From the sequence record PZ338878.1: 64,000 nt of DNA; one strand, given 5' to 3'. Below the pieces are notes generated by a model. That model worked only from the letters and a program-made list of their open reading frames with translations. It did not search any database and had not been told where the DNA came from. Below, one piece after another: positions 18,493 through 26,803 of this stretch; within the stretch, counting starts at the first letter, position 1; each line of letters begins with the position of its first letter. This DNA is from a phage. A program made the translations under genes and the position numbers.

Positions 18493-19047
18493 ATGGGGCG
18501 TGAATATGTGATCCAGTCCTGGGTAAAGCATGATGTAAATGATCCGCGCATAATACCAGATGACATGATCGATCACATGGTAGGGTATAGCGGGGAGCAG
18601 ATAGGAAATCGAGCGGCAAAGAGCAACGGCAACACCAGGACGCGATCCGTTCGCCCTGGATGGCTGGCGAATGGTAACGCTGACATTGCAAGCGCCGCAG
18701 ATCCAAGCGATGACGCTAAAAATAATCCCTTATACAACATTGATCCGGCTTTTAAGGTATTGGAAGAGTATCCCGCTAAATTAGCCGCACTAGATAAGGC
18801 ATACGAAGAAAAGCGCATGGCCTGGACTGTATACAACACCGCTAAAATGGTGCTAGATGCAAAACTAATTAAAGCCCAGGAGAAGATCAATAAACTTGTT
18901 ACCATAGCGCAAGAGGAAGACCAGGGCGACCAGGAGGAAGAGGAAGAAATCATGCCTACTCTGGAAGAGGAAGAGATCCAGCCATACATGCCGACGGAAG
19001 AGGAAAAAAGACAAGCCTTAAAAAATTATGAAAATTGCATTGTGTAA
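18493..19047 (+). CDS. hypothetical protein with acidic C-terminus (184 aa)
   Basis: ORF, RBS. Confidence 0.5.
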   Translation: MGREYVIQSWVKHDVNDPRIIPDDMIDHMVGYSGEQIGNRAAKSNGNTRTRSVRPGWLANGNADIASAADPSDDAKNNPLYNIDPAFKVLEEYPAKLAALDKAYEEKRMAWTVYNTAKMVLDAKLIKAQEKINKLVTIAQEEDQGDQEEEEEIMPTLEEEEIQPYMPTEEEKRQALKNYENCIV

Positions 19048-19050
19048 GGG

Positions 19051-19155
19051 TTGACATATGCAAACAAGCCCCGTAATATGTACCACATAGAGCGGGGCAA
19101 CTTCTCAAAGGTGAAATAAAAAATCAGTTGACACCTGAAATCAGTAAGCTATAAT
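19051..19155 (+). promoter_or_regulatory. tandem promoters (first with degenerate hairpin)
   Basis: TTGACA at 19051 and TTGACA N16 TATAAT at 19128-19155. Confidence 0.5.
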
Positions 19156-19192
19156 GCTTATATAGATTGAAACATTACTAAGGAATAAAAGC

Positions 19193-19372
19193 ATGGCTAT
19201 TATTGCAAAAACTGAGATCGTAGGTTTAGATTCTATCCTCCTGGCATATGAGGAAGCTATAGAAATGTATGTGGTTTCCTATGGTGATTATATCCGTGAA
19301 TATAATTCTATTGATCTAGCTTTTGAATGCTATATTCGCCAGGTAAATAAAGCATACGATGATTATCGTTAA
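19193..19372 (+). CDS. small hypothetical protein (59 aa)
   Basis: hand-translated MAIIAKTEIVGLDSILLAYEEA...; RBS AAGGAA. Confidence 0.4.
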   Translation: MAIIAKTEIVGLDSILLAYEEAIEMYVVSYGDYIREYNSIDLAFECYIRQVNKAYDDYR

Positions 19373-19391
19373 AAGTTTTAGTCTTGTGCTA

Positions 19392-19421
19392 TTGACAACG
19401 AACGATAGTACAAGCATAATA
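19392..19421 (+). promoter_or_regulatory. sigma70-type promoter (no hairpin)
   Basis: TTGACA ... CATAAT. Confidence 0.45.
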
Positions 19422-19467
19422 ACTTTTATCGGGAACACTCCTAACTAATCAAAAGAGATTAAAGATT

Positions 19468-19833
19468 ATGGCTAAAAATATCAATGTTTCTGCTTATGCT
19501 ACCCTGGCTAACACTGCTAAAATTGAACTATCCAGCATTGAAGCGGTACATATTAGCGCCCGTCGCTGGTTTCAAAAGTCTTATGGTAATACTTATTTCT
19601 CTTTGATCGTTGACGTTGAGATCGGCGGTAAACTGATTGAAGTCGTTAACGTTCCGTTTCAATATGGTTATGGTGATCATTTTGATACCGTTGCCCTGGA
19701 AGAGTTTAGCAAGGTTATCAACCTGGAAGGTAAAGAGTTTTCAAATTATGCCTACCTTTCCCGTTTTTGCCGTGATAATGGGATCGCTGTATACAGTCAT
19801 GCAAGCGATGTTAAACGCAAAAAAGATTTATAA
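19468..19833 (+). CDS. hypothetical protein (121 aa)
   Basis: ORF, RBS. Confidence 0.55.
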   Translation: MAKNINVSAYATLANTAKIELSSIEAVHISARRWFQKSYGNTYFSLIVDVEIGGKLIEVVNVPFQYGYGDHFDTVALEEFSKVINLEGKEFSNYAYLSRFCRDNGIAVYSHASDVKRKKDL

Positions 19834-19838
19834 AAGTA

Positions 19839-19900
19839 TTGACAGCACGAATAAAAAGAGTAAAATGTTTCATATCAGGACGGGGGAATGGTTCCCCGCC
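19839..19900 (+). promoter_or_regulatory. promoter + 5'-UTR hairpin cassette
   Basis: TTGACA N16 TAAAAT; hairpin CGGGGGAATGGTTCCCCG. Confidence 0.6.
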
Positions 19901-19919
19901 TATAACTAGGTATAATAAA

Positions 19920-20150
19920 ATGGCTAATATGTATATGACCGAAGTTAAAACCGTAAAAGATACTACTACCAATAAAACTACTTACTTACAGCGGATCTGC
20001 GGTGTATGGCAACGTATTAGTAAAGCAAAGTATTATAAATTAACATCATATGCTAATCGTTCGGATTCATTCCGTACTGAAATAAAAGGTAATAAAGTAC
20101 ACCAATACGGCACTTATTATTATTATAGCCTAGACGCGATTGCAATCTAA
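19920..20150 (+). CDS. hypothetical protein (76 aa)
   Basis: start at ATG 19920 after hairpin. Confidence 0.5.
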   Translation: MANMYMTEVKTVKDTTTNKTTYLQRICGVWQRISKAKYYKLTSYANRSDSFRTEIKGNKVHQYGTYYYYSLDAIAI

Positions 20151-20169
20151 GCATATTTTTAAAAAGCAC

Positions 20170-20230
20170 TTGCAAACTAGGTTTAAAGGCGTATAATGTT
20201 TTGCATAGAGAGCGGGAATAGTTCCCGCCT
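20170..20230 (+). promoter_or_regulatory. promoter + 5'-UTR hairpin cassette
   Basis: TTGCAA N16 TATAAT; hairpin AGCGGGAATAGTTCCCGC. Confidence 0.6.
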
Positions 20231-20252
20231 CACTGAAAAAGAGATTAACATC

Positions 20253-20492
20253 ATGGCTAAATCTAAAATGTACAACGGTCACAAAAACAAAACTCATTGG
20301 AATGTAAGCCTTTGGATTAATAACGATCCAGGTTTTTATAATATGGCAAAAGAATTTATAGCCGTGAACAACAATAAAGATAACGCCGCGCGTGAAATGA
20401 TGGCACTACTTAACGAAATGGGCCAAAATACTACGCCAGATGGCTATAAATTCAGTAAAACCAGTATCCGCGCCGCTATGGTAGGAATGTAA
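20253..20492 (+). CDS. hypothetical protein (79 aa)
   Basis: start at ATG 20253. Confidence 0.5.
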   Translation: MAKSKMYNGHKNKTHWNVSLWINNDPGFYNMAKEFIAVNNNKDNAAREMMALLNEMGQNTTPDGYKFSKTSIRAAMVGM

Positions 20493-20501
20493 TAAAAACA
20501 G

Positions 20502-20561
20502 TTGACAACGTTTTTTAATCTGATAAGATGTATCACATAGGGCGGGAAATGGTTTCCCGCC
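20502..20561 (+). promoter_or_regulatory. promoter + 5'-UTR hairpin cassette (consensus copy)
   Basis: TTGACA...CTGATAAG...CACATAGGGCGGGAAATGGTTTCCCGCC. Confidence 0.65.
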
Positions 20562-20583
20562 AAATCAAAGAAAGGTTAACATT

Positions 20584-20811
20584 ATGGCTATCGTTATTGT
20601 TCGCGTATCCGGAACGGTTGGAATCTCCCAGGTAGTAGCAGTTATCACAGAAAAGAAAGGGGATGATCTTCACTCCTCCTTGAATAGCTGGGCGGTCGCT
20701 AACTTTGGGCAATGGTCGAGCGTTGAGTACATCGAATCCTACCAGGTGCCAACGATTAGCCTAACCGATCTAAATGTTGATCGCTTGTTGTGCCTGGATC
20801 AATTAAACTAA
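20584..20811 (+). CDS. hypothetical protein (75 aa)
   Basis: RBS AAAGG + ATG. Confidence 0.5.
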   Translation: MAIVIVRVSGTVGISQVVAVITEKKGDDLHSSLNSWAVANFGQWSSVEYIESYQVPTISLTDLNVDRLLCLDQLN

Positions 20812-20819
20812 AAATAATA

Positions 20820-20877
20820 TTGACAAGATAACTAAAATCAGTAAAATGTAATGCATAGGGCGGCAATAGTGCCGCCC
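20820..20877 (+). promoter_or_regulatory. promoter + 5'-UTR hairpin cassette
   Basis: TTGACA N16 TAAAAT; hairpin GGGCGGCAATAGTGCCGCCC (compensatory G/C swap). Confidence 0.6.
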
Positions 20878-20898
20878 CTAGTGAGAGAGATTATCAAA

Positions 20899-21114
20899 AT
20901 GGCTAATATCCGCACACTGTTAAAAAATGCAAGTCAAGTTTTATTTTCAGATGACGAGTATTTCAACAAAGACATTACAGGCGTGAAAAATTTAAAAGAC
21001 GTGAAGGATGTTATCGGTATCCGTGGATCTTTACGTAAAGGTGACATATACGGTAACAAGGTGCAATATAAATTGTCAAAAGATTATGATTTTACTTTGA
21101 CAATTATTTCATAA
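20899..21114 (+). CDS. hypothetical protein (71 aa)
   Basis: start at ATG 20899; track start lies in hairpin. Confidence 0.5.
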   Translation: MANIRTLLKNASQVLFSDDEYFNKDITGVKNLKDVKDVIGIRGSLRKGDIYGNKVQYKLSKDYDFTLTIIS

Positions 21115-21120
21115 AACTAC

Positions 21121-21181
21121 TTGCAAACCTGGTAAAATAAAGTAAACTATATTCATTAAGGCGGTGGAATAGCCCACCGCC
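21121..21181 (+). promoter_or_regulatory. promoter + 5'-UTR hairpin cassette
   Basis: TTGCAA ... TAAACT; hairpin GGCGGTGG-AATAGC-CCACCGCC. Confidence 0.55.
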
Positions 21182-21204
21182 TAACAAAGAGAAGAGGAAA
21201 CATC

Positions 21205-21375
21205 ATGATCACTTTCGCCACCCGTGAAGCCGCTCGCAACGTTGCACGTAAAGTTAACGCCGCCAACCTGGGCGCTACGCTTAAAGCCCCGGTAAAAGAT
21301 GAATCAGGAAAATGGATCTTTCCTGGTCTGCGTCACGCTGATAAGCTGGGAACATTAACGTTAAAAAACAAATAA
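21205..21375 (+). CDS. small hypothetical protein (56 aa)
   Basis: hand-translated MITFATREAARNVARKVNAANLG...; RBS AGAGGAAA. Confidence 0.45.
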   Translation: MITFATREAARNVARKVNAANLGATLKAPVKDESGKWIFPGLRHADKLGTLTLKNK

Positions 21376-21381
21376 TATCCG

Positions 21382-21440
21382 TTGACAGTAGCATCATTTA
21401 TAAGTAAAGTAACAACAACGGCGGGAAATGGTTTCCCGCC
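21382..21440 (+). promoter_or_regulatory. promoter + 5'-UTR hairpin cassette
   Basis: TTGACA ... TAAAGT; GGCGGGAAATGGTTTCCCGCC. Confidence 0.65.
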
Positions 21441-21460
21441 ATCAATAAAGAGATAAGATT

Positions 21461-21820
21461 ATGAAATCAGTAAAAGCAATTAAAACTTACATTGTGTCGG
21501 CTATTTCTTTTGATGGTACTACAACCGAAAAAGAAAAGATCACCGAACTGATGCGCCGTTTTAACTCTGAATACTGGTATCCCGATAATCAAAAACGTTA
21601 CAATCATAACATGACCAAGGCGATAGCCTCATGGTTACAAGGTTTACCGTCAGAAGTCAATATTGCTTTTGATTATAATGAGATCGATCACTTGTTAATT
21701 GAATGGAAGTGCATAAAAGAAACAAGCAAAGAAACAACCGTTACCCGTGAGCGGGAAAATTATTGGTTATATATTGCAAGCATGATCGTAATCCTGGCAA
21801 AACAGCATAACGTGGCGTAA
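21461..21820 (+). CDS. hypothetical protein (119 aa)
   Basis: ORF, RBS. Confidence 0.55.
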   Translation: MKSVKAIKTYIVSAISFDGTTTEKEKITELMRRFNSEYWYPDNQKRYNHNMTKAIASWLQGLPSEVNIAFDYNEIDHLLIEWKCIKETSKETTVTRERENYWLYIASMIVILAKQHNVA

Positions 21821-21834
21821 TTAAGAGGAAAAAC

Positions 21835-21972
21835 ATGAACGCATCACAGCAGATCGAAAAATTCAACCGCAGCAAGGCGCGTAAAAATTGGAACGAAGAG
21901 ATCACCAAAAAAGGCGATAAGCGGAACAAAACAAAAAGAGATCGCAGTACAAAAAGACACTGGAACGAATAA
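21835..21972 (+). CDS. small highly basic protein (45 aa)
   Basis: hand-translated MNASQQIEKFNRSKARKNWNEEITKKGDKRNKTKRDRSTKRHWNE; RBS AGAGGAAAAAC. Confidence 0.4.
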   Translation: MNASQQIEKFNRSKARKNWNEEITKKGDKRNKTKRDRSTKRHWNE

Positions 21973-21977
21973 CAAAA

Positions 21978-21996
21978 AGGGCGCAATAAGCGCCCT
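21978..21996 (+). terminator. rho-independent terminator
   Basis: GGGCGC-AATAA-GCGCCC + TTTTA. Confidence 0.6.
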
Positions 21997-22090
21997 TTTA
22001 GCTTATATAGAGGCTTGTTACCCATAGGCAATGGTAACGCCAGGGCAAGCCTATAAATCAACGTTAGACAGCTTTACAGGAGCTTTAAAA

Positions 22091-22273
22091 ATGAAATTAA
22101 ACGAAATAAGCAAGGCACTAGCCCAGGGTCAAAGGTTATGCGCCCGATATCGTGATCAATATGGCTTCATGACTAGCGGCGTGATCCTGGGGATTGAAGG
22201 TAATAAAATTTTTATTGACACGTTGAAAAACGTTGTATATAGTGACAATATAATCTCAATAAAACATATATGA
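22091..22273 (+). CDS. hypothetical protein (60 aa)
   Basis: start at ATG 22091. Confidence 0.45.
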   Translation: MKLNEISKALAQGQRLCARYRDQYGFMTSGVILGIEGNKIFIDTLKNVVYSDNIISIKHI

Positions 22274-22281
22274 GGCAAGAA

Positions 22282-22683
22282 ATGAAAAAATTATTGATCG
22301 CTGGTTTAATCTCTTTTGGCATGGTTGGAACATCTAGCGCGGCGATATCCTCCACAGTAGCAGAATTAAGCGCCGTTGATGCAATGGAAAACGTCATGAT
22401 CATTAATAACGCGATCCCCGATGAAATCATGGAGGATTCTCACATGATCGCTTATGGTGCTGTTACACAATTAACGGCAAAAATAGATAAATCTATTGTT
22501 AATGGCTTAAATGAAGATGTACCATGTGAAATTATTACCAGTGTGCTAACGACTCAAAATTTTACGCCGTGGCTAAAAAGTATTCAAAAGGTACACAGCA
22601 CCGCCGCAGATCGTAGCAATGAAAAACTAGTGTCAGCACTTGCAACGTATACCCTAGCAAAATGCACCGAAATAAAAGATTGA
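22282..22683 (+). CDS. putative secreted/periplasmic protein (133 aa)
   Basis: signal-peptide-like MKKLLIAGLISFGMVGTSSAA. Confidence 0.5.
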   Translation: MKKLLIAGLISFGMVGTSSAAISSTVAELSAVDAMENVMIINNAIPDEIMEDSHMIAYGAVTQLTAKIDKSIVNGLNEDVPCEIITSVLTTQNFTPWLKSIQKVHSTAADRSNEKLVSALATYTLAKCTEIKD

Positions 22684-22706
22684 CAACATAGAAAGCACGT
22701 TATAAG
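22680..22706 (+). promoter_or_regulatory. sigma70-type promoter (no hairpin)
   Basis: TTGACA N15 TATAAG. Confidence 0.45.
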
Positions 22707-22730
22707 ATACACACAACAAAGGAGAACTAC

Positions 22731-23033
22731 ATGAACGGCATAGCTAAAACGTTTTTTCTTTTTTCTGGTGTAAATGATCCATCAATAAAAGTCGATAGCG
22801 TAAAAGAAAACAATACTATCACCGCTAAATTGTTTCAAGATGAAACAAATAACGTGCTAATCATTAATCTTAAAGAAATAACGAAAGGTTATTATACTAT
22901 TGCTTACCATGCGATCTATCATGCTGGTACTAGCGAGGAAGTGCAAACAAGCAACAACGAAAGCGCGGCGCTACCTGGTGATCTGGTGCTGGGCGTTATC
23001 AGTTTAATTGTCAATGATTTTTTTAAGGAGTAA
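22731..23033 (+). CDS. hypothetical protein (100 aa)
   Basis: RBS AAAGGAGAA. Confidence 0.5.
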   Translation: MNGIAKTFFLFSGVNDPSIKVDSVKENNTITAKLFQDETNNVLIINLKEITKGYYTIAYHAIYHAGTSEEVQTSNNESAALPGDLVLGVISLIVNDFFKE

Positions 23034-23037
23034 AACC

Positions 23038-23133
23038 ATGCCCTATTTACATTTATTTTTCGGGATCTTATTGTCAGGATCTTTTTTCTTCTGTATACTT
23101 GTTTCTATTGTAAACCACGTTTTAAGACATTAA
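23038..23133 (+). CDS. small hydrophobic peptide (31 aa)
   Basis: AAGGAG 7 nt upstream; MPYLHLFFGILLSGSFFFCILVSIV. Confidence 0.35.
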   Translation: MPYLHLFFGILLSGSFFFCILVSIVNHVLRH

Positions 23134-23142
23134 GGAAACAGC

Positions 23143-23262
23143 ATGAAAATTATTCCCGTACAGTATAGCGTAATAAATCCAGCATATGAGGAAGGAAGGA
23201 AAACAAGCATGGCTTTATGTTGTATTACTACTATAGCCATGTTATTATATATTGTGTTTTAA
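23143..23262 (+). CDS. small peptide with hydrophobic C-terminus (39 aa)
   Basis: RBS AAGGAAA; hand-translated. Confidence 0.3.
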   Translation: MKIIPVQYSVINPAYEEGRKTSMALCCITTIAMLLYIVF

Positions 23263-23362
23263 TAGGTTTTATAGTTGTACGCTTTAAAGGCTTTACAATT
23301 TTTTGTTATGCTTTAAAATATATCTTGAAAACGGCAAAGGCCGCAAACAAAAGGGTAAAATT

Positions 23363-23686
23363 ATGAAATCTGTGATCGGTGTTTATTTGGATAACTCTGA
23401 TTTTTTCTATCATCGTGCGCGTTTCCTTGATGCGATTGAAATGATAGAATCAGGCTTTAAAGAGTATCGCCTTGCACATGATGACCTGGAAGCATTACAG
23501 GGTAATAGTGTTTTTACATTGCAAGCTAAAGCACTATGCAAAAGCCGGATCGACATTGCAAGCAAAAAGATAGAACGCGGCATGTCCTGGTTGCGCACCG
23601 CAGAAATCAACATGGGGCAATGGTACGGCGAAAACTTAGAAAATAAACTCACTTTTGTAAATGTAGAAAATATTAAAGATTATTGA
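23363..23686 (+). CDS. hypothetical protein (107 aa)
   Basis: start at ATG 23363. Confidence 0.5.
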   Translation: MKSVIGVYLDNSDFFYHRARFLDAIEMIESGFKEYRLAHDDLEALQGNSVFTLQAKALCKSRIDIASKKIERGMSWLRTAEINMGQWYGENLENKLTFVNVENIKDY

Positions 23687-23749
23687 TTGACAGCACACCT
23701 GATAAGTAATATATTGTATCTCATAGAGCGGGGAAATGGTTTCCCCGCC
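23687..23749 (+). promoter_or_regulatory. promoter + 5'-UTR hairpin cassette
   Basis: TTGACA ... CTGATAAG TAATAT ... GCGGGGAAATGGTTTCCCCGC. Confidence 0.65.
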
Positions 23750-23768
23750 TTAACAGAAGAGATAAGAT

Positions 23769-24053
23769 ATGAAAATCACAAAAGCACTTTTCAACTATGC
23801 AGCACGTCGCGGATTATGCTTATCCGTTGAAAATTTAGGAAAAGAAGATTTTTTGTGCTTTTGGGAGCTTGAGAATGATAATGAGTGGATCTTCTCTTAT
23901 TCTATCTGCAAAGATCAAAACGGTTGCTTGTTAACCTGGCGCGGTAATATCTATTTGCCGGAAGAAATAAAACAAGAATTACCAGGCACGATCATGACTG
24001 AGAAACAGCTTAAGGAAGTGATCAATTTTGTAGGGCAAAACATTAAAAAATAA
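23769..24053 (+). CDS. hypothetical protein (94 aa)
   Basis: ORF, RBS. Confidence 0.55.
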   Translation: MKITKALFNYAARRGLCLSVENLGKEDFLCFWELENDNEWIFSYSICKDQNGCLLTWRGNIYLPEEIKQELPGTIMTEKQLKEVINFVGQNIKK

Positions 24054-24054
24054 T

Positions 24055-24114
24055 TTGACAGTAGGCAAACAACGTAGTAAAGTTTATCACATAGGGCGGG
24101 AAATGGTTTCCCGC
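24055..24114 (+). promoter_or_regulatory. promoter + 5'-UTR hairpin cassette
   Basis: TTGACA N17 TAAAGT; GGGCGGGAAATGGTTTCCCGCT. Confidence 0.65.
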
Positions 24115-24137
24115 TCACAGCAGAAGAGAAACAAATC

Positions 24138-24308
24138 ATGATCCCGACTATGTTTTACGTATCGCGCAAAGGTCACAATATTTTTTGGTCTGAAGATTTA
24201 AATGAAGCCATGACGTTTGCCCGTGATCGTGTTGCTATCGGTGGCGTTAATATTACCGTAACCGATGAAAACGGCATTGAATACTATAACGGCGACGATG
24301 AAGAGTAA
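24138..24308 (+). CDS. small hypothetical protein (56 aa)
   Basis: hand-translated MIPTMFYVSRKGHNIFWSEDLNEAMTFA... Confidence 0.45.
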   Translation: MIPTMFYVSRKGHNIFWSEDLNEAMTFARDRVAIGGVNITVTDENGIEYYNGDDEE

Positions 24309-24316
24309 TTAATAAG

Positions 24317-24337
24317 GCGGGGGGAGTATTCCCCGCC
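24317..24337 (+). promoter_or_regulatory. 5'-UTR hairpin (no own -35 seen)
   Basis: GGCGGGG-GGAGTATT-CCCCGCC. Confidence 0.45.
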
Positions 24338-24366
24338 ATCAATTCACAACTAAAAGAGAAATCATC

Positions 24367-24561
24367 ATGGCGCTTAAAAAACTAACAAGCAATACTCGTT
24401 GGGATGAAATTGACGGGGAAGTATACATTTTCGCCCGTAAACCAGGTGATCAAAAATGGTCAAAGGCTTTTACTTGTCACCCTGCAACAATAGATCTAAT
24501 AAAAAGTAAAGGTTTACGTGAAGCAGTAGCGAGAAGTTTACTGATCCCTTGTAAAAAATAG
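24367..24561 (+). CDS. hypothetical protein (64 aa)
   Basis: ORF, RBS. Confidence 0.5.
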   Translation: MALKKLTSNTRWDEIDGEVYIFARKPGDQKWSKAFTCHPATIDLIKSKGLREAVARSLLIPCKK

Positions 24562-24562
24562 T

Positions 24563-24622
24563 TTGACAATATGCGGTTATCTGGTAATATATACCACGTA
24601 GGGCGGGAAATGGTTTCCCGCC
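24563..24622 (+). promoter_or_regulatory. promoter + 5'-UTR hairpin cassette
   Basis: TTGACA N16 TAATAT; GGGCGGGAAATGGTTTCCCGCC. Confidence 0.65.
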
Positions 24623-24640
24623 AGAATAGAGAGAACTAAA

Positions 24641-24745
24641 ATGATTATTCTTACCATGATGTGCGCGGCGGTTATTATTCCTTTGATAACGCTTATTGTT
24701 TCTGAGATCGATGATCTTCTCTTTGAAAGAAGTTTAAAAAAGTGA
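24641..24745 (+). CDS. small membrane peptide (34 aa)
   Basis: MIILTMMCAAVIIPLITLIVSEIDDLLFERSLKK. Confidence 0.4.
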   Translation: MIILTMMCAAVIIPLITLIVSEIDDLLFERSLKK

Positions 24746-24808
24746 TTGACAACGGCTAATAAGCTGATAATATGTATCACATAGGGCGGGGCAATAAGGC
24801 AACGCCCA
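24746..24808 (+). promoter_or_regulatory. promoter + degenerate hairpin cassette
   Basis: TTGACA ... CTGATAATATG ... ATAGGGCGGGGCAATAAGGCAACGCCC. Confidence 0.5.
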
Positions 24809-24825
24809 CTAATGAGGGTAGCATC

Positions 24826-24930
24826 ATGTTAGAGAAAATTTTCACGGTTGTAATAGTGGGCCTGGCGTTATCGGTTGGAGTGATTGCAACTATGGCTAAC
24901 ATGATTCTATCTTCCCACGGTATCGGCTAA
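24826..24930 (+). CDS. small membrane peptide (34 aa)
   Basis: MLEKIFTVVIVGLALSVGVIATMANMILSSHGIG. Confidence 0.4.
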   Translation: MLEKIFTVVIVGLALSVGVIATMANMILSSHGIG

Positions 24931-24931
24931 G

Positions 24932-25156
24932 GTGAAACAAGTGATCACGAATAAGACAGGTAAAACAGAATTTTTACGTAACTTGCAGATCGGCAAGCCT
25001 GAGATCTGGTATTGCACTAAAACACCACGTGACGAAATGAAAGATTTTACCGCTACTTTACAACGTGTTAAAATATCTATCACACAGAAAAAAGCCTTGA
25101 TAGTTGCAGAAAACGAGATCCCGCAAACTATTATCATTGTTGAGCGTACAGCATGA
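24932..25156 (+). CDS. hypothetical protein (74 aa), GTG start
   Basis: ORF from track; weak RBS. Confidence 0.35.
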   Translation: MKQVITNKTGKTEFLRNLQIGKPEIWYCTKTPRDEMKDFTATLQRVKISITQKKALIVAENEIPQTIIIVERTA

Positions 25157-25539
25157 AAACAGAAAACATTAACGAAATGATCAACGGCTATAAAGAAGCC
25201 TTTATTTTTGCCGAACCAGCGACGGATCACAATGGGGAATATATTGAGAATCTAGACGATTATGATTTTTCTTCTAGCGCCCTGGAACGTATTACCAGCG
25301 ATGTGACCGCCTTTTGTAGTGCCAATGTTGCCGCTATCTCTGAGGCAATGAGCGACGGCGCTACAGCAAACCAGATCGGGAATGATTTACATTTCACCCG
25401 CAACGGGCACGGCGTAGGCTTTTGGGATCGCCCTGAAATATACACCACTAACACGGCGAACCGCCTAACAAATGCCGCTAAATTAATGCCATCGGTGCAT
25501 GCTTACATTGGTGAAGATAATTTGATTTATATTGAATAA
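25153..25539 (+). CDS. hypothetical protein (128 aa)
   Basis: ORF overlapping upstream by 4 nt. Confidence 0.5.
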   Translation: MKTENINEMINGYKEAFIFAEPATDHNGEYIENLDDYDFSSSALERITSDVTAFCSANVAAISEAMSDGATANQIGNDLHFTRNGHGVGFWDRPEIYTTNTANRLTNAAKLMPSVHAYIGEDNLIYIE

Positions 25540-25545
25540 AAAGTA

Positions 25546-25604
25546 TTGACACCGATCCCCAATATGGTATTATTTACCACGTAGGCGGGAAATGGTTTCC
25601 CGCC
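25546..25604 (+). promoter_or_regulatory. promoter + 5'-UTR hairpin cassette
   Basis: TTGACA N16 TATTAT; GGCGGGAAATGGTTTCCCGCC. Confidence 0.65.
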
Positions 25605-25627
25605 AGGTAATCAAAAAGGTAAATACT

Positions 25628-26017
25628 ATGCGCAACCTGGTTTCTGTTTCTAACGTTGAAAAATTCCAATCCTTGCAGGGTATCGTTAACAACGTAGCGC
25701 CTTTTTTAGTCAATGGCTTGATTGCAAAGATGAAGAATAAGCATCATGCGGCATGGTCTGCTTACTGCTTTGATAATGATGAAAAAGCGGCTGAAATGAT
25801 GTTAGATATGCTGTTAGACAGTGTTGAATCATCTTTACCGGAAAACATCGCAGAAGAGATCACCTATCGTTATAATATGGCGATCACTTACCAGGAGGTT
25901 GCGCAATTTAATATGATGGACGATGACGAACAACAGGATCAAGAAATGTTTTGGGAGTATGCTGATCGTCAATCGGCTTTTGATGAAAAATTAGCGATGT
26001 ATTATAACGAATATTAA
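25628..26017 (+). CDS. hypothetical acidic protein (129 aa)
   Basis: start at ATG 25628. Confidence 0.5.
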   Translation: MRNLVSVSNVEKFQSLQGIVNNVAPFLVNGLIAKMKNKHHAAWSAYCFDNDEKAAEMMLDMLLDSVESSLPENIAEEITYRYNMAITYQEVAQFNMMDDDEQQDQEMFWEYADRQSAFDEKLAMYYNEY

Positions 26018-26033
26018 TACACGGTAAAAGAAA

Positions 26034-26052
26034 GGGGCGCACTAAGCGCCCT
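26034..26052 (+). terminator. rho-independent terminator
   Basis: GGGGCGC-ACTAA-GCGCCCC + TTTTTT. Confidence 0.7.
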
Positions 26053-26479
26053 TTTTTGTATTCTTTTTTCACGATGGAAACAACACGTAAAGAATAGGCG
26101 TAAAGGTGGCGTAAAACCAGCTAAAACCGATTGTAACCGTTTAAACAAGGTAGGGATGATTAATCACCTTACCAGGATGAAAAAGCCGTTATAAAGCTAT
26201 TTAGAGCGTTTAAAGCACACAGGAAATAATTTGCTTTTTATCTTGCCTTTTATTCTGCTTTTGATTATTATTATGGAACGGGCGGCACCTGGGGACAGGG
26301 GAAGATAATCACCGGACGACCCCGCTATATATTGATAGCTAATAACTATCAAACAACAAAACATCAAAGGAATAAACTATCAAATCTTTACAATTCTACC
26401 TATTGACCGATAAATCATAACAGTTTAATATTGTTTTTAGAGGGTAGAACATACCCAAAACGAAAACAGGAAAAAGAAG

Positions 26480-26716
26480 ATGAAAGAAGTCATGATCCTC
26501 AAAAAATCACCTATTTTACGTGGTGGCTTTATCGCTTACTCTGATGATCTGTTAATTGCAACGGTTGCAAAAATACTAAAATCAGAAGAGGATAGTAAAA
26601 ACGGCGTTTATCGTATCTGTTTCACCCGTGGAAAATTACAAGGCAAGATCGCTTATGCTTTTGATTTACAAGATGTAAATGATAAAATCTGCGCTGTTAT
26701 TGATTATGCAAAATAA
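26480..26716 (+). CDS. hypothetical protein (78 aa)
   Basis: RBS AGGAAAAAGAAG. Confidence 0.5.
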   Translation: MKEVMILKKSPILRGGFIAYSDDLLIATVAKILKSEEDSKNGVYRICFTRGKLQGKIAYAFDLQDVNDKICAVIDYAK

Positions 26717-26728
26717 TTAACTTTCTTA

Positions 26729-26760
26729 TTGACACCGGATCACGCTTACATTATTATTTA
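26729..26760 (+). promoter_or_regulatory. sigma70-type promoter (hairpin absent or degenerate)
   Basis: TTGACA ... TATTAT. Confidence 0.45.
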
Positions 26761-26803
26761 TCACGTAGGGCAAATCATTTTAAACGGTAAACGAGGAAAC
26801 ACC

